Part shown: in pieces, positions 62,073-64,000 of the stretch | How positions within the stretch are numbered: the stretch's first letter is position 1 | How the letters are laid out: each line of letters starts with the position of its first letter | Source of the DNA: Deltaproteobacteria bacterium | GTDB lineage: Bacteria > Myxococcota_A > Polyangia > Polyangiales > Houyiibacteriaceae | Assembly (NCBI GenBank): GCA_034670305.1 | Contig: JAXMNT010000009.1 | Location: forward strand, 64,001-128,000 | DNA length: 64,000 nucleotides | Direction of reading: 5' to 3' | Notes under the pieces: generated by a model | Told to the model about the DNA's origin: nothing | Databases searched by the model: none | Seen by the model: the letters and a program-made list of their open reading frames with translations, nothing else | Translations under genes and position numbers: made by a program

Positions 62073-63235
62073 TTCTTCGTTCTTTCCCACGACGCCAACA
62101 GTTCTTCGTACACCGAGAGCAGCCCATCACGGTGCGCCGCGATGCTGAACTCCCGGATCACCTTCTGCCGGGCCGCGCGACCAAACGCAACGCGGCGCTC
62201 GGGTTGGCGGGCCAGGACCACGAGTGCTTCGGCGAGCGCCTCGATGTCGCGTTCCGCCACCAGGAGCCCTGTCCGGTCGTGGTCGATCTGGTCGGGAATG
62301 CCCGCGTGGCGGGTCGCGACGACGGGCAGGCCTGCCGCGCCGCCCTCGCAAATCACCGTTGGGGTGCCTTCCTGGTCGCCGTTGTCCGCGGTGCGGCTCG
62401 GCACCAAGAGCACGTCGGCCTGCCGCATGGCCTCCGGCACCCGGGTGCTGGGATCCGGCCAGTCCACGTCGAGCTCCAACTGTCGACCGAGGGCGCGCAA
62501 GGCAGCTTCGAGCGGACCGCCAGTGCCCAGCAGCGTGACCTTCAGCTGGATGCCCTCCGGCTCGAGCGCGGCGGCGGCCTGGGCGCACGCGCGCAGCCCA
62601 TCGTCGAAGCCCTTCTTCTGGACCTCGCGGCCGACGAGAAGCACGCGGAACGTGGCGGCGTCGCGGACCGAGCCGTCCACGGGCGTGAAGCGGTTGGGGT
62701 CGATCCCGATCCGCACCACCCGCGTCTTGTGTTCGGGACAGCCTTGCGCCACCAGCGCGGCGCGCATGTGCTCTGAGAGCACGACGAACCGGTCCCCCCG
62801 TTCGAAGAGCCGCTTCTGCATCAGGGTGTACGGCAAGTAGGCGGGCGAGAGTCGGGCACGCGCGTGCGCGAGGGTGACGTCGCGTCCGTAGAAGCTCGTC
62901 ACGAGGGGCAGGGCGCGTTCGGTCGCGACGCGCACTGCATGCGCGCCGGTGTAGCCCATGTGCGCGTGGATCAACCTCACCGACGACGCCCACGCGCGGT
63001 GCGATCGAGAGGTGCCGGTCAGCCAGTACTGCGCGGCCTCGAGGTGCCCGAACCGTTGTTCGGTCAACGCGGTGACCTGGGCATCCGGGAACTTTTGTTT
63101 CGAGCGGCGGTTGATCGCGAAGACCCGCACGTCGACCTCGGCCTCCGTCAACGCGGACAGAGCGGCGTAGATGAAGGTCTCACTCGGGGGCAGGAAGTTG
63201 TGCCGTACCCATCCAATCGGAGGGAGCGATGCCAT
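62069..63235 (-). CDS. Glycosyltransferase family 4 (WcaL-like)
   Basis: PSETFI, IHAH, GREVQKKG, PSRTADNGDQEGTP..ICE, TRHAGIP. Confidence 0.9.
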   Translation of the reverse strand: MASLPPIGWVRHNFLPPSETFIYAALSALTEAEVDVRVFAINRRSKQKFPDAQVTALTEQRFGHLEAAQYWLTGTSRSHRAWASSVRLIHAHMGYTGAHAVRVATERALPLVTSFYGRDVTLAHARARLSPAYLPYTLMQKRLFERGDRFVVLSEHMRAALVAQGCPEHKTRVVRIGIDPNRFTPVDGSVRDAATFRVLLVGREVQKKGFDDGLRACAQAAAALEPEGIQLKVTLLGTGGPLEAALRALGRQLELDVDWPDPSTRVPEAMRQADVLLVPSRTADNGDQEGTPTVICEGGAAGLPVVATRHAGIPDQIDHDRTGLLVAERDIEALAEALVVLARQPERRVAFGRAARQKVIREFSIAAHRDGLLSVYEELLASWERTKK

Positions 63236-63283
63236 CGGCCCACAGATATCGGGGCGCGACGCGGTGGGCAAGTCGAGGGCCGC

Positions 63284-64000
63284 TCAGCGTTTTCCAGGGG
63301 CGGTGCTCCCCCCGCGTCGCAGCAGGGGAAGGCCAGCGCCTGGCGTGTTGCGCCCCTCCTCGTTCGGCTTCTCAGAACAGAGACGCATCACGAGGGTGAC
63401 GAGGCTCTGCTCCGACAAGGGCGCGCGGGCGAGCCCACTCACACCGAGCGAGGCGAGCAGTTGCCAGTCCATCGTCTCGGTTGCGGCCGACGGGTGCGAG
63501 ACCACCACAGGCGGGGGTTCGAGGAAGTTCGCGCGGACGTACTGTGCGAACTCGAATGCGTTCAGCTTGGGGGCGTCCATCGCGATCATGACCATGGAGA
63601 CGTCGCCGGATCGGACGGCGCTGCGCGCGGCGCCACCATCGCGCACGCGATGCAGCCGGACCGAAGGCATCCACCGCTTCAAGGTGTTCTCCACGAACGC
63701 CGCGAATCCATCGTCCGGCTCGACGAGCAGCAAGCGCGCGTCGGCGTCGGCTTCCGGCAGCGCCGCGCGCAGCAGCTCGTCTCTGAACTGCGCGCAGCTC
63801 GGCGTGCGTGCCGCGGGGTCCTTCACGAGCGCCCGCGCCAGGACCTCGTCGACCCACGCCAAGCGCCGGTCGACGCTCGAAGGCGCCGGCGCGGTCTCGT
63901 ACAAGTGCATGCCGAGCAGCGCATCCGTGGTCGCGGCCCGAAACGGACGCGTTCCGGTCAACAGTTCGAAGGTCATGATCGCGAGCGAGTAGACGTCGGC
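63284..64000 (-). CDS. Ser/Thr protein kinase C-terminal part fused to a degenerate receiver domain (5' partial)
   Basis: DVYSLAIMTFELLTG..PF, ALVKDP..R (subdomains IX-XI), then a REC-like LLLVEPD...VMIAMDAP. Confidence 0.85.
   Translation of the reverse strand, partial: ADVYSLAIMTFELLTGTRPFRAATTDALLGMHLYETAPAPSSVDRRLAWVDEVLARALVKDPAARTPSCAQFRDELLRAALPEADADARLLLVEPDDGFAAFVENTLKRWMPSVRLHRVRDGGAARSAVRSGDVSMVMIAMDAPKLNAFEFAQYVRANFLEPPPVVVSHPSAATETMDWQLLASLGVSGLARAPLSEQSLVTLVMRLCSEKPNEEGRNTPGAGLPLLRRGGSTAPGKR

Overview
High-GC bacterial chromosome segment. The gene content points to Myxococcota, probably Polyangiales/Sandaracinaceae-like (inference): AgmX/TonB-C-like proteins, a DUF1592/DUF1552 pair, a Ser/Thr kinase and an ERG4/ERG24 sterol reductase. 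Housekeeping genes: smc, purL/purQ, thiS/thiG/thiE, modABC, an ABC-F ATPase, a FetAB-like ABC pair, a MepA-like endopeptidase and a cusCBA-like metal RND system preceded by a Cys-rich RAPP-motif leader ORF. Accessory loci: (1) a four-gene MoxR AAA / HExxH-peptidase-vWA operon; (2) a yeh-like DUF4132-AAA-DUF5682/vWA-SWIM operon whose DUF4132 protein ends in a PARP-type zinc finger; (3) a lipid locus with ACP, acyl-ACP desaturase, a short mycolate-type methyltransferase with an altered active site and a sterol-type reductase, next to CDP-sugar and glycosyltransferase genes. Also present: a signal peptidase I homolog lacking both catalytic residues, a doubly frameshifted trypsin gene with a G14 tract, and an NrdR-like box before smc. 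Non-coding structure includes a dispersed 21-24 bp repeat family, long hexamer microsatellites, hairpin+(CCCTTG)n modules, REP-like palindrome clusters, and -10-like hexamers just upstream of many start codons. No tRNA, rRNA, CRISPR array or transposase was seen. All family calls come from motif recognition by eye, not database searches.
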